The translations under genes were made by a program, and so were the position numbers. A DNA stretch of 64,000 nucleotides from a bacterium (GTDB lineage Bacteria > BMS3Abin14), in NCBI GenBank assembly GCA_020350725.1, contig CP070719.1:1515404-1579403 (forward strand), given 5' to 3'. Of this stretch, positions 51,731 to 59,609 are shown piece after piece; position 1 is the first letter of the stretch, and every line of letters begins with the position of its first letter. Below the pieces are notes generated by a model. It worked only from the letters and a program-made list of their open reading frames with translations, had not been told where the DNA came from and made no database searches.

Positions 51731-51931
51731 CCGCTCGGCGCGTGGCCTTTCCAGGTGTGGATCTCTATCTGCGTCCGGGCTAATAAGGTTGGGGTCCCCG
51801 CTTCCCTCGGCGCCGCCGCCCTGTTCTGTTGCGGAGGCTGGCGCCTGAAGGCGTTCGGGGATCACCCAGGGAGGAGCATCCGGGGTGTTACGGAGGCTTC
51901 AGGGTCATCCCCCGGGCGAACGTCCGGGCGG
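51731..51931 (+). ncRNA. Candidate structured ncRNA, about 200 nt (6S RNA-like rod)
   Basis: TTGACA (51698) and TAATAA promoter directly upstream; ends pair (CCGCTCGG/CCGGGCGG); nested inner stems GTCCCCG/CGGGGAT and GGCGCC/GGCGCC; no credible ORF. Confidence 0.42.
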
Positions 51932-52022
51932 ATTATATGGGAGATCTGACCGATAGAAGAGGGTATCCGCGATCGGGAACCGGACTTTACACTATCGCCT
52001 TCCAGGAAAATTCACTATCCTG

Positions 52023-52433
52023 TTGCTAGCTGGACTCTTCCTGATTTTCGATTCGGCGTTCGCTGATCACTATGGAAGTGGAGCGGTCGACAGGCCGGTG
52101 CCGTCCGAAAACCAGGGCGTTCTGACCGGTATTACCATCCAGGAAACCGCTTCCGAGGCTAAAATCGCGCTGAAGATAAAGGGGTATCCCGATTACTCCG
52201 TTACCACTTCCGTTTGGAAGGGGGAGAAGTGGGTCGATCTTTTCCTTCGCCGTTTCAGTACTGAAGTGGGGGACCTCTCGGCAGGGAACAGGAGGATAGC
52301 CGGTCAGGTTCGCGTTGTGAGCGACGCCCCTGGAGGGGAGGTCAGGGTTTCAGTGCAGATCCTCCCGTCGAAGATATCCTATGACGTTTTCCAGTCCGGG
52401 GATCACCTGATGATCCGCCTGGTGCCCAGGTAA
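52023..52433 (+). CDS. Small exported beta-rich protein, possibly AMIN-like
   Basis: Signal-like N-terminus (…DSAFA); beta-strand pattern …VRV….VRV.V…..SYDV…..LMIRL; start uncertain. Confidence 0.5.
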   Translation: MLAGLFLIFDSAFADHYGSGAVDRPVPSENQGVLTGITIQETASEAKIALKIKGYPDYSVTTSVWKGEKWVDLFLRRFSTEVGDLSAGNRRIAGQVRVVSDAPGGEVRVSVQILPSKISYDVFQSGDHLMIRLVPR

Positions 52434-52458
52434 AGAGACCCCGGGTCCGAGCAAGGCT

Positions 52459-55092
52459 ATGGCATTCATAAAGATCCTGATAATAGAAGACGACCTCTTC
52501 TATCAGACCTATGTGAACGACCTCCTGAAGGATGAAAAGGTCGATGTCACCAATGCCCAGGATGGTGAGCAGGGCATCAGGATGGCTGTCTCCGAAAAGC
52601 CCGACGTTATCCTCACCGATATCGAGATCCCGAAGATCCAGGGTTTCGTCCTCCTCAGGCACCTCAAGGAGAGACCGGAAACGGCCCGCATCCCGGTCAT
52701 CATGATGTCAGGGAAAGTGGAAAAGGACCTGTTTGAGAAGCATGCCAAGCTGAAGATCCACGCCGACGGGTACCTCCTGAAGCCTTTCTCGCGTCAGGAG
52801 CTCCTCGAGATGATAGGTAAGGTCGTTTCCGCCAGGGATGGAGGTGGTGGTGATGCCGCACCGGGTGTCGCGGAGCCCCTCGGTGACCAGGGGAGGTGGG
52901 ATCCATCCGGCAGCCTTCCGGATGAAGACGAGGCGGGGACAGGCTCTGCATCGCCCCAGCCACGAACCCGATTGAAACCTCTGGCGCTGGTGGTTGACGA
53001 CTCCAGCTATGTCTGCGATCTTACCCAGGACTATCTGAAGAATGAGGGTTTCTCGGTGGCTGTTGCCATGGACGGTGAGGAAGGACTCCGTCTGGTCGGC
53101 GAGAAGATGCCGGATGTTGTTCTTCTGGACATCCAGATGCCCGGAATGGACGGCTTCGAAGTCTGTGAGGCCCTCAAGAGCGACAGCAGGACGTCCAGGA
53201 TCCCCATTATTCTCATGTCCGCAGTGGTGGACATGGGGACCATCGAAAAACATCCCAGATTGAGCCACCATCCCGACGCCTACCTCCAGAAACCGTTCAA
53301 GAAGAACGAACTGCTCGATCTGATCTACGAGCACCTGCCCACAGTCTCGCCATATCGGGACGTCGAGAGCAAAACGGGCTTCATTGTTCCCGGGGAGAAG
53401 GACATCATGTGGCCCGATGGCGACCGCCATCCGATGGGGCTCGATGGCGAGGCAACCGGCCCTACGGGGCTCAGTCCCCAGGAGCGGGTCGGCGCCCCGT
53501 CCCAATCCGAGGAGAAATTAGCCCGCGAACTGCAGATGCTTCGGGTCGAATATGATCAGTTCAGGGAAAAAGCCCTTGCAGATGCTGCTGCGTGGACGGA
53601 CGAGAGGGGGAAAATCAATGAGAAGATGGTCCTCGCCACGAAGAGAGCCGAGGAATCCGGCGATTCTCTCAAGAATGTACAGAGGGAGGCGGATAAGCTG
53701 AGGATGAACCTGGAGGCTGCTCTGGCAGCCAAGAGGGAAGTCGAGGATCAGGCGACGGCCATGGCCGAGAGCGTGAAGAGGGCCTCTCAGGGACACGGGC
53801 TGGACGAGGAGATTTCCCGATTGAGGAAGGAAAACATCGAACTGAGGAGCCAGGCGGCAGAGGCTCACACGTCTATCAAAAGGGCGGAAACGCTGGAGGC
53901 ACTCCTCGCTGAGACTCAGGAGGAGAATCGGCAGCTCAGAGAGAGCCTGTCCTTCTCCGAGGGCAGCGCGGACCTGAAGGATCAGATCGGCCGGTATCAA
54001 GCGAAGATGGAGGAGATTCAGGGGCAGGTCGAGGCTGCCGATCTGCGCAGGGCTGAGGCCGAGACCGAGGTTGAAAAGCTGCGGCAGAGAAACAGAAAAC
54101 TGTCGGAAGACCTTGAAGCTCGCCAGAAGGAAGCGACCTCTGCAGTCAATGAGATGGAAACCCTCCGTGTCAACCTGAGAGCCATGGAGGCTGATGCGGC
54201 CGACTCGAACCGGAAGGTCGCTGTGCTCGAGTCGGATCTGGAGAGGCACAAGGTCATTGGCGAGCAGGAATCCAGGATGCGCAGGGAGCTTGAGGAACGT
54301 CTCTTCACCGTGCAGAACGAGAACAGAGTCCAGGCGGGAGAGCTGGTTACCCTCCGGGAGGGTGCGTCTGAGATGGACACCCTCCGAGCGAAGGTCAGCG
54401 TTCTGACGCGGGAAAAACAGATTCTCGAGGAAGGACTCCGCAAAAGCATGGCCCTCCAGGCGACAGCGGGGCGGGCCGGCGAAGGATCCCAGGCCCGGGA
54501 AGACCTTTCCGGGCGGCTCACTCAGCTTGAGGAGGTTCTGAAGAGGACCGTGAACGAGGCTCAGCAGGCCCTCCTGGAGCAGAAGGGCAGAGAGGAAGTT
54601 CTTCAGGGTAAACATCGGGAGCTCATGGAGGCCCTGGAAAGGGAGAGGAGCGAGCATAAAAGGGAACGGGAAGGATGGCGGGACAGGGAAGAAGATCTGA
54701 AGAAAATGGTGGAGGATTTCCTGGACGAGCGCCGCCGGACGATGGGAGATGAGATCGCTCGCATGTTCCCGGTTCACGTCCGCGGCAATGCCCGGCCATA
54801 CGAGGTTGTGTCAAAAAAACGAAGGTTCGGACAGATCGCCCTTGTGGTCCTCCTCGCTGTCGTTGCCTTCCTCCTCGGTTATCTCACCCTTTCCACAATG
54901 AAAGGCCCGAGCGTCAACCCACCGCGCGAGTCCGGTACCCACCGTCTGGAAGGACGACCGGGGGTGGGTACCGCGCCGGCAGGCGTTGACGCCGCCCTGC
55001 TTTCTCCGGCAACTGAAGGGGAATGCCGGGTTGTTTCCCGTCCCCGAAATGCATCGTCACCTCCGGAATCAAGACCTTACCCATATGCGTGA
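52459..55092 (+). CDS. Double receiver domain + long coiled coil + C-terminal TM (FrzS/AglZ-like architecture)
   Basis: REC1 IIEDD…LTDIEIP…KPF; REC2 VVDDS…LLDIQMP…KPF; about 400 aa of E/R/K/L-rich heptads; TM IALVVLLAVVAFLLGYLTL. Confidence 0.85.
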   Translation: MAFIKILIIEDDLFYQTYVNDLLKDEKVDVTNAQDGEQGIRMAVSEKPDVILTDIEIPKIQGFVLLRHLKERPETARIPVIMMSGKVEKDLFEKHAKLKIHADGYLLKPFSRQELLEMIGKVVSARDGGGGDAAPGVAEPLGDQGRWDPSGSLPDEDEAGTGSASPQPRTRLKPLALVVDDSSYVCDLTQDYLKNEGFSVAVAMDGEEGLRLVGEKMPDVVLLDIQMPGMDGFEVCEALKSDSRTSRIPIILMSAVVDMGTIEKHPRLSHHPDAYLQKPFKKNELLDLIYEHLPTVSPYRDVESKTGFIVPGEKDIMWPDGDRHPMGLDGEATGPTGLSPQERVGAPSQSEEKLARELQMLRVEYDQFREKALADAAAWTDERGKINEKMVLATKRAEESGDSLKNVQREADKLRMNLEAALAAKREVEDQATAMAESVKRASQGHGLDEEISRLRKENIELRSQAAEAHTSIKRAETLEALLAETQEENRQLRESLSFSEGSADLKDQIGRYQAKMEEIQGQVEAADLRRAEAETEVEKLRQRNRKLSEDLEARQKEATSAVNEMETLRVNLRAMEADAADSNRKVAVLESDLERHKVIGEQESRMRRELEERLFTVQNENRVQAGELVTLREGASEMDTLRAKVSVLTREKQILEEGLRKSMALQATAGRAGEGSQAREDLSGRLTQLEEVLKRTVNEAQQALLEQKGREEVLQGKHRELMEALERERSEHKREREGWRDREEDLKKMVEDFLDERRRTMGDEIARMFPVHVRGNARPYEVVSKKRRFGQIALVVLLAVVAFLLGYLTLSTMKGPSVNPPRESGTHRLEGRPGVGTAPAGVDAALLSPATEGECRVVSRPRNASSPPESRPYPYA

Positions 55093-55114
55093 AAGGGCAT
55101 CTCACAAGGGTCGC

Positions 55115-56917
55115 ATGGATAATATTCAGGAACTCCAAAGACAGATCAGAAAGTATCCCCACAGACCCGATCTGCACAGTACTCTTGGCAGGCTCTATCA
55201 GCAGCGTGGAGATCGGACGGAAGCCGCAAAACATTTCCTGGCCGCGGCACGGCTCTTTGCCGACCCAAGCAGCCCGGCGCGAAATCTTAACAAGGCTGTG
55301 GCCGCTCTGAAAAAGATGCTCCGGGATTTCCCCGAGAACCATGATTCCTACTACCTCCTGGCAGACATATATACAGAGATGGAGAATAAGAACGCCGCCA
55401 TGGATGTCTTCCGATCCCTTTCGGAGGTCTATCAGAAAGAGGGGAAGCTCCTTATGGCTGTCTCGGTCCACGACAAGATCACCGGATCATATCCGGATGA
55501 CATCGGCGCCTGGCTCAAATTCGCTGAACTGAATCAACAGGCCGGCATGCCGTTCCACGCCGCGCAGGCCCTGGTAAGGGCGGCCCGACTGTCCATGAAG
55601 GCTGGAAGGCCAAGGGAGGCATCCTCTCTGACCACGGCAGCCCTCAAACTGGATGCCGAGAATATGGATGCGAGACACTTCCTCAAGGATCTCCTCAGGA
55701 ACGGGCACGACGGGGATGTGGACACCGGTGACCTGATGGACCTCGCATCCGATCTCGAGAGGATGGGCCAGACGAGACAGGCCCTCATGATCCTGTCCTT
55801 GCTGGAGAACGGGTCCCTGTCCAGCCAGGCTGCGGCGGTGGCCGATGGCATTCGAAAACGAGCGGGTGTCGAAAAGGTTCAGGGGGCGTCATACACGGCG
55901 GAAAGACCTCCCCAGACGAAATATGCCGGCATGAGAGTTCTCATCGTCGATGACGAAAGGGAGATCCTTCTCCTGTTGGAACAGATCCTCAAGGGAGAGG
56001 GCTTCACCGTCCTTACGGCGAGAGATGGCGAGAGGGCCCTGGAGATCTTCCAGAATGAACGCCCTGCCATTGTCGTAACCGATGCAATGCTCCCCAAGAT
56101 CCACGGTTTCGAGCTCTGCAGGAGGATAAAGGAGGAAGCGGGAAGCACTATCAGGGTGATGATCCTCACGGCGGTCTACAAGAAATACAAATATAAAACC
56201 CGCGTCCAGGAGGAATTCCATGTCGATGAGTACCTGGACAAGCCCTTCCAGATTGCCGAATTTCTGGATGCTTTCTACCGGATGATCGTCGACCTTCCAG
56301 AATCGTCCCCCGAGGTCCCCAGGGTCGAGGAGGAACACCTGGCCTCGGCCGAGGGAATGAGCATTTTGGTCGTCGCCGGTGAGGAGAGGGATCTTATCAA
56401 CAGGGTGTCCCATTTCTGCGATCGTAACGGATGTTTTTTTGAGGTGGGGTTGAATGCCAGAGAAATGATAGAGCAGATCGAGAGGGATGTCCCTGATATC
56501 ATCCTCCTTGCGGACAGCATGCCGGGAATGGACCCTTTCATCGCGGCCTGGTTGACCACCAAGGTGCTGGGTGTCCGATCATCGACCTTGATCCTCATCA
56601 CGAGGGATCGAACGCTCCTCGAGGGTGACTCTGGGGAATTCCACCATCGGGTCGCCGCACCTATAGGGCCGGAAACGATGGATACCTTAGTTCGCCTTCA
56701 CAGGAGAGCCCGGGAGCGATCGGCCATCGGTCCGGCGGAGAAGGGAATGACAGCGGCCGAAAGGAGGATGGAGGCCGTTCTCCGCAGCAAGGTGGATCAT
56801 GTTCTCAAGAGTCAATATCATCTTGAAACCTACTACACCAAAAGGATAAAGGAACTCGAGGAGGAGCTGGAGACCCTGAAGAACAGGGCCAGGGAGACGA
56901 TACCCGGTGGGTCGTGA
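55115..56917 (+). CDS. TPR repeats + receiver + degenerate receiver + short coiled coil
   Basis: N-terminal TPR-like helices; REC IVDDE…VTDAMLP…DKPF; second REC-like unit VVAGE…ILLADSMP lacks the canonical acidic pocket and Lys. Confidence 0.82.
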   Translation: MDNIQELQRQIRKYPHRPDLHSTLGRLYQQRGDRTEAAKHFLAAARLFADPSSPARNLNKAVAALKKMLRDFPENHDSYYLLADIYTEMENKNAAMDVFRSLSEVYQKEGKLLMAVSVHDKITGSYPDDIGAWLKFAELNQQAGMPFHAAQALVRAARLSMKAGRPREASSLTTAALKLDAENMDARHFLKDLLRNGHDGDVDTGDLMDLASDLERMGQTRQALMILSLLENGSLSSQAAAVADGIRKRAGVEKVQGASYTAERPPQTKYAGMRVLIVDDEREILLLLEQILKGEGFTVLTARDGERALEIFQNERPAIVVTDAMLPKIHGFELCRRIKEEAGSTIRVMILTAVYKKYKYKTRVQEEFHVDEYLDKPFQIAEFLDAFYRMIVDLPESSPEVPRVEEEHLASAEGMSILVVAGEERDLINRVSHFCDRNGCFFEVGLNAREMIEQIERDVPDIILLADSMPGMDPFIAAWLTTKVLGVRSSTLILITRDRTLLEGDSGEFHHRVAAPIGPETMDTLVRLHRRARERSAIGPAEKGMTAAERRMEAVLRSKVDHVLKSQYHLETYYTKRIKELEEELETLKNRARETIPGGS

Positions 56918-57449
56918 GCGTGTCCCCCTGCCTGTCAGGCTCGTTATGGGCATCCTCTGGACCACCGACGGGGACCTTCGATCAGCCATGCGGCAGACGG
57001 AGGAACTGTTCGGGCCCGTCGCGAAGAAATCCCCATCCGTTCCCTTTGACCCATACACTCCCTATTACGGGGAGGAGATGGGCGGGGAGCTCAAAAGATG
57101 TTATTGGTCTTTTGTCGAGGTGGTTCCTCAGGGAGTCCTCCCGGAGATCAAGTTGGCGACAAACAGGATCGAGACCGATATGGCGTCTGAGGGGAGGAGA
57201 AGGGTTAACCTGGATCCGGGATTGGTCACCCTCGACGCACTCGTTCTGGCGACGACAAAACCCTACTACCACAGGACCTATCTTGGCAAAGGGATCTACG
57301 CCGACCTGACGCTCGTGTACCGAAATGGGTCCTTTGAGGCTCTGCCCTGGACATACCCCGATTACAGGGAACAGTGGGTGAGGGATTTTTTTCTGCAGGT
57401 CAGGAGCGAACTGAAACGGGACAGGCGTGGCGGGGGCGAGAGGACCTGA
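56907..57449 (+). CDS. DUF4416 family protein
   Basis: YYGEEMG, RRVNLDPG, LATTK, YLGKGIYA, PWTYPDY. Confidence 0.8.
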   Translation: MGRERVPLPVRLVMGILWTTDGDLRSAMRQTEELFGPVAKKSPSVPFDPYTPYYGEEMGGELKRCYWSFVEVVPQGVLPEIKLATNRIETDMASEGRRRVNLDPGLVTLDALVLATTKPYYHRTYLGKGIYADLTLVYRNGSFEALPWTYPDYREQWVRDFFLQVRSELKRDRRGGGERT

Positions 57450-57450
57450 A

Positions 57451-58317
57451 ATGGGCCGGATCAGGAGCATGACAGGGTTCGGAAGGGCTGAGGGAGATGC
57501 ACCGGGCAGGAGGATCACCGTGGAGGTCCGCTCACTCAACCATCGGTACCTTGAGGTTGGACTGCGGGCGCCCAGGGAATTGCTCCACCTGGACCCGGAG
57601 CTGAGGAAGGCTGTAAAGGGGACATGCTCACGCGGAAAAGTGGACGTATTTGTGACAATCCACGAGAGCTCGGCCACCATCGCCATCGACCCGGAACGCG
57701 CCCGGCAAGCGGCGGACGCCCTCGCCGGACTGGCCGAGGTTGTCGGCGACAGCGTCCGGCTGGAACATGTATTATCGATACCGGAGGTGTTCCAGAGGAA
57801 CGAAACCGAGCACCTGGAGGAGGTGGACGAGGCTTTGATGGATATCGTCAGGGCCGCCCTCGATCGTATGGTGCGCGAACGTGAGGTGGAGGGCAGCGTC
57901 CTCGCTCAAGATCTCCTGGACAGGATCGACAGTCTGGAGGCGATCAGGGATAACATCTCGGATCTGGCGCACCTCGTTCCCGAAAAGGCCCTGAGCCAGA
58001 TATCCGATTTTCTGGAGAAGCTGGACCTCAGAGGCCAATTGGACCCGCAGAGGTTGGAAGCAGAGGTCGCCCTCCTGGCTCAGAAAGCGGATGTAACAGA
58101 GGAACTGACCAGATTGGCAGCCCACCTGGCATCCCTCAGGAGCACCCTGAATGAGGGGGGGGCCGTTGGAAGACGCCTTGACTTCGTCGTCCAGGAGGTT
58201 CACAGGGAGATCAACACCATCGGTGCGAAGGCCGGAATCACGGAGGTCTCGTCCCTGATCGTTCAATTCAAGACCGAACTGGAGAAGCTCAGAGAACAGG
58301 TCCAGAATATCGAGTAG
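57451..58317 (+). CDS. yicC: YicC/YloC endoribonuclease
   Basis: RSMTGFG, SLNHRYL, GRRLDF, REINT, REQVQNIE. Confidence 0.93.
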   Translation: MGRIRSMTGFGRAEGDAPGRRITVEVRSLNHRYLEVGLRAPRELLHLDPELRKAVKGTCSRGKVDVFVTIHESSATIAIDPERARQAADALAGLAEVVGDSVRLEHVLSIPEVFQRNETEHLEEVDEALMDIVRAALDRMVREREVEGSVLAQDLLDRIDSLEAIRDNISDLAHLVPEKALSQISDFLEKLDLRGQLDPQRLEAEVALLAQKADVTEELTRLAAHLASLRSTLNEGGAVGRRLDFVVQEVHREINTIGAKAGITEVSSLIVQFKTELEKLREQVQNIE

Positions 58318-58382
58318 CGCCCCATTCCGAGGACCGTTATTGGAAGAATTCAGGGGTCGGAAAAGGATCTGTCAGGGAACTC

Positions 58383-58997
58383 GTGATGGTTGACATTTTC
58401 GACAGCGAGAACGGACGAAAGGGAAAAGGAATTCTCTTTGTCCTGTCATCACCATCCGGCGGCGGCAAAACGACCCTGGCGCATAAACTCCAGGTCTCCA
58501 TGGAGGATCTGGCCCTCTCGGTGTCCCATACGACGAGGAAACCGAGAGCCGGCGAGGCGGACGGGGCCGACTATCATTTTGTTTCCCGGAAGCGATTCCA
58601 GGAGATGATCGATAACGGGGAGTTTGTCGAGTGGGCGGAGGTCCACGGCAACCTCTACGGAACGGGCAGGAAAGAGATCGACGATACGCTTCGGAAGGGC
58701 ACTGATGTTCTTCTGGACATCGACGTCCAGGGTGCCAGACAGATTGTGGGAACATTTAAGGAATCCATCCTCATCTTTATCCTTCCCCCTTCGGATGAGG
58801 AATGGCTCGAGAGGCTGCGCGGAAGGGGCACGGAGTCCGAGGCTGAGTTGAAGAGGAGGATCGAAGGGGCCAAGCAGGAGCGTCTTGCAATGATGCCCTA
58901 TTATGACTATGCTGTTCTTAACGATGTTCTGGACGATGCGGCCGATGCCCTTCGATCCATCATCATCGCGGAGAGGTGCCGCGTTTCCAGGCGCTGA
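58383..58997 (+). CDS. gmk: Guanylate kinase
   Basis: SPSGGGKTT, SVSHTTR, YHFV, EWAEVHGNLYGT, DIDVQG. Confidence 0.96.
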   Translation: MMVDIFDSENGRKGKGILFVLSSPSGGGKTTLAHKLQVSMEDLALSVSHTTRKPRAGEADGADYHFVSRKRFQEMIDNGEFVEWAEVHGNLYGTGRKEIDDTLRKGTDVLLDIDVQGARQIVGTFKESILIFILPPSDEEWLERLRGRGTESEAELKRRIEGAKQERLAMMPYYDYAVLNDVLDDAADALRSIIIAERCRVSRR

Positions 58998-59027
58998 TGA
59001 AACACAACCAGGGAGGAAATCGAAAAG

Positions 59028-59351
59028 ATGGATCTCAATATTATCGAGGATGCACTGAAAAAGTACCCTAACAGATTTTTCCTCACTATGATGGCTGCGG
59101 CGAGAGCCAAGGAACTGAATGAGGGTGAGAAAACTCTGTTGAAGAGATCACGAGGTGACAAGCCGATCGTACAGGCCCTCGAGGAGTTGGCGGAAGGAAT
59201 CGTCGTGCCGTGCTCGAAGGAGGAGATGGAACAGGTCAGGGAGGAGCGCAGGTTGGCCAGGGAAAGGGCCCTCATGGAGGCCGAAGAGGAGGAGGCAATG
59301 GAAACGGACGAGCTCGACGCCTCCTCCTCCGAAACGCCTACTGAGGCCTGA
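59028..59351 (+). CDS. rpoZ: RNA polymerase omega subunit
   Basis: NRF.L…AA.RA.EL, KP…ALEEL; position between gmk and spoT. Confidence 0.88.
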   Translation: MDLNIIEDALKKYPNRFFLTMMAAARAKELNEGEKTLLKRSRGDKPIVQALEELAEGIVVPCSKEEMEQVREERRLARERALMEAEEEEAMETDELDASSSETPTEA

Positions 59352-59387
59352 TAAAGACCTATCTCTCCAGAACTCTCTGATGACCCA

Positions 59388-59418
59388 TCCCCGCCCTTGA
59401 CCGGGCCGGGGATTTTTT
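59388..59418 (+). terminator. Putative terminator after rpoZ
   Basis: CCCCGCCC…GGGCCGGGG followed by ATTTTTTT. Confidence 0.5.
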
Positions 59419-59609
59419 CATGGATGCCGAATTCCCCGCCAAAGGCACTTCACCTCTTTTTACGAGGGAAACGATGACTCATGGTGCGGCGATGAGCCCC
59501 GGCCGAAGCGGATTCATGCGGTTACAGCATCGCCGGGGTTCCGTTTCAGGCATGGATTCCCGTCGACGGGCGCCTTGCCAACCCGTGCGGGTCCTTTGGG
59601 CGTGATTCG

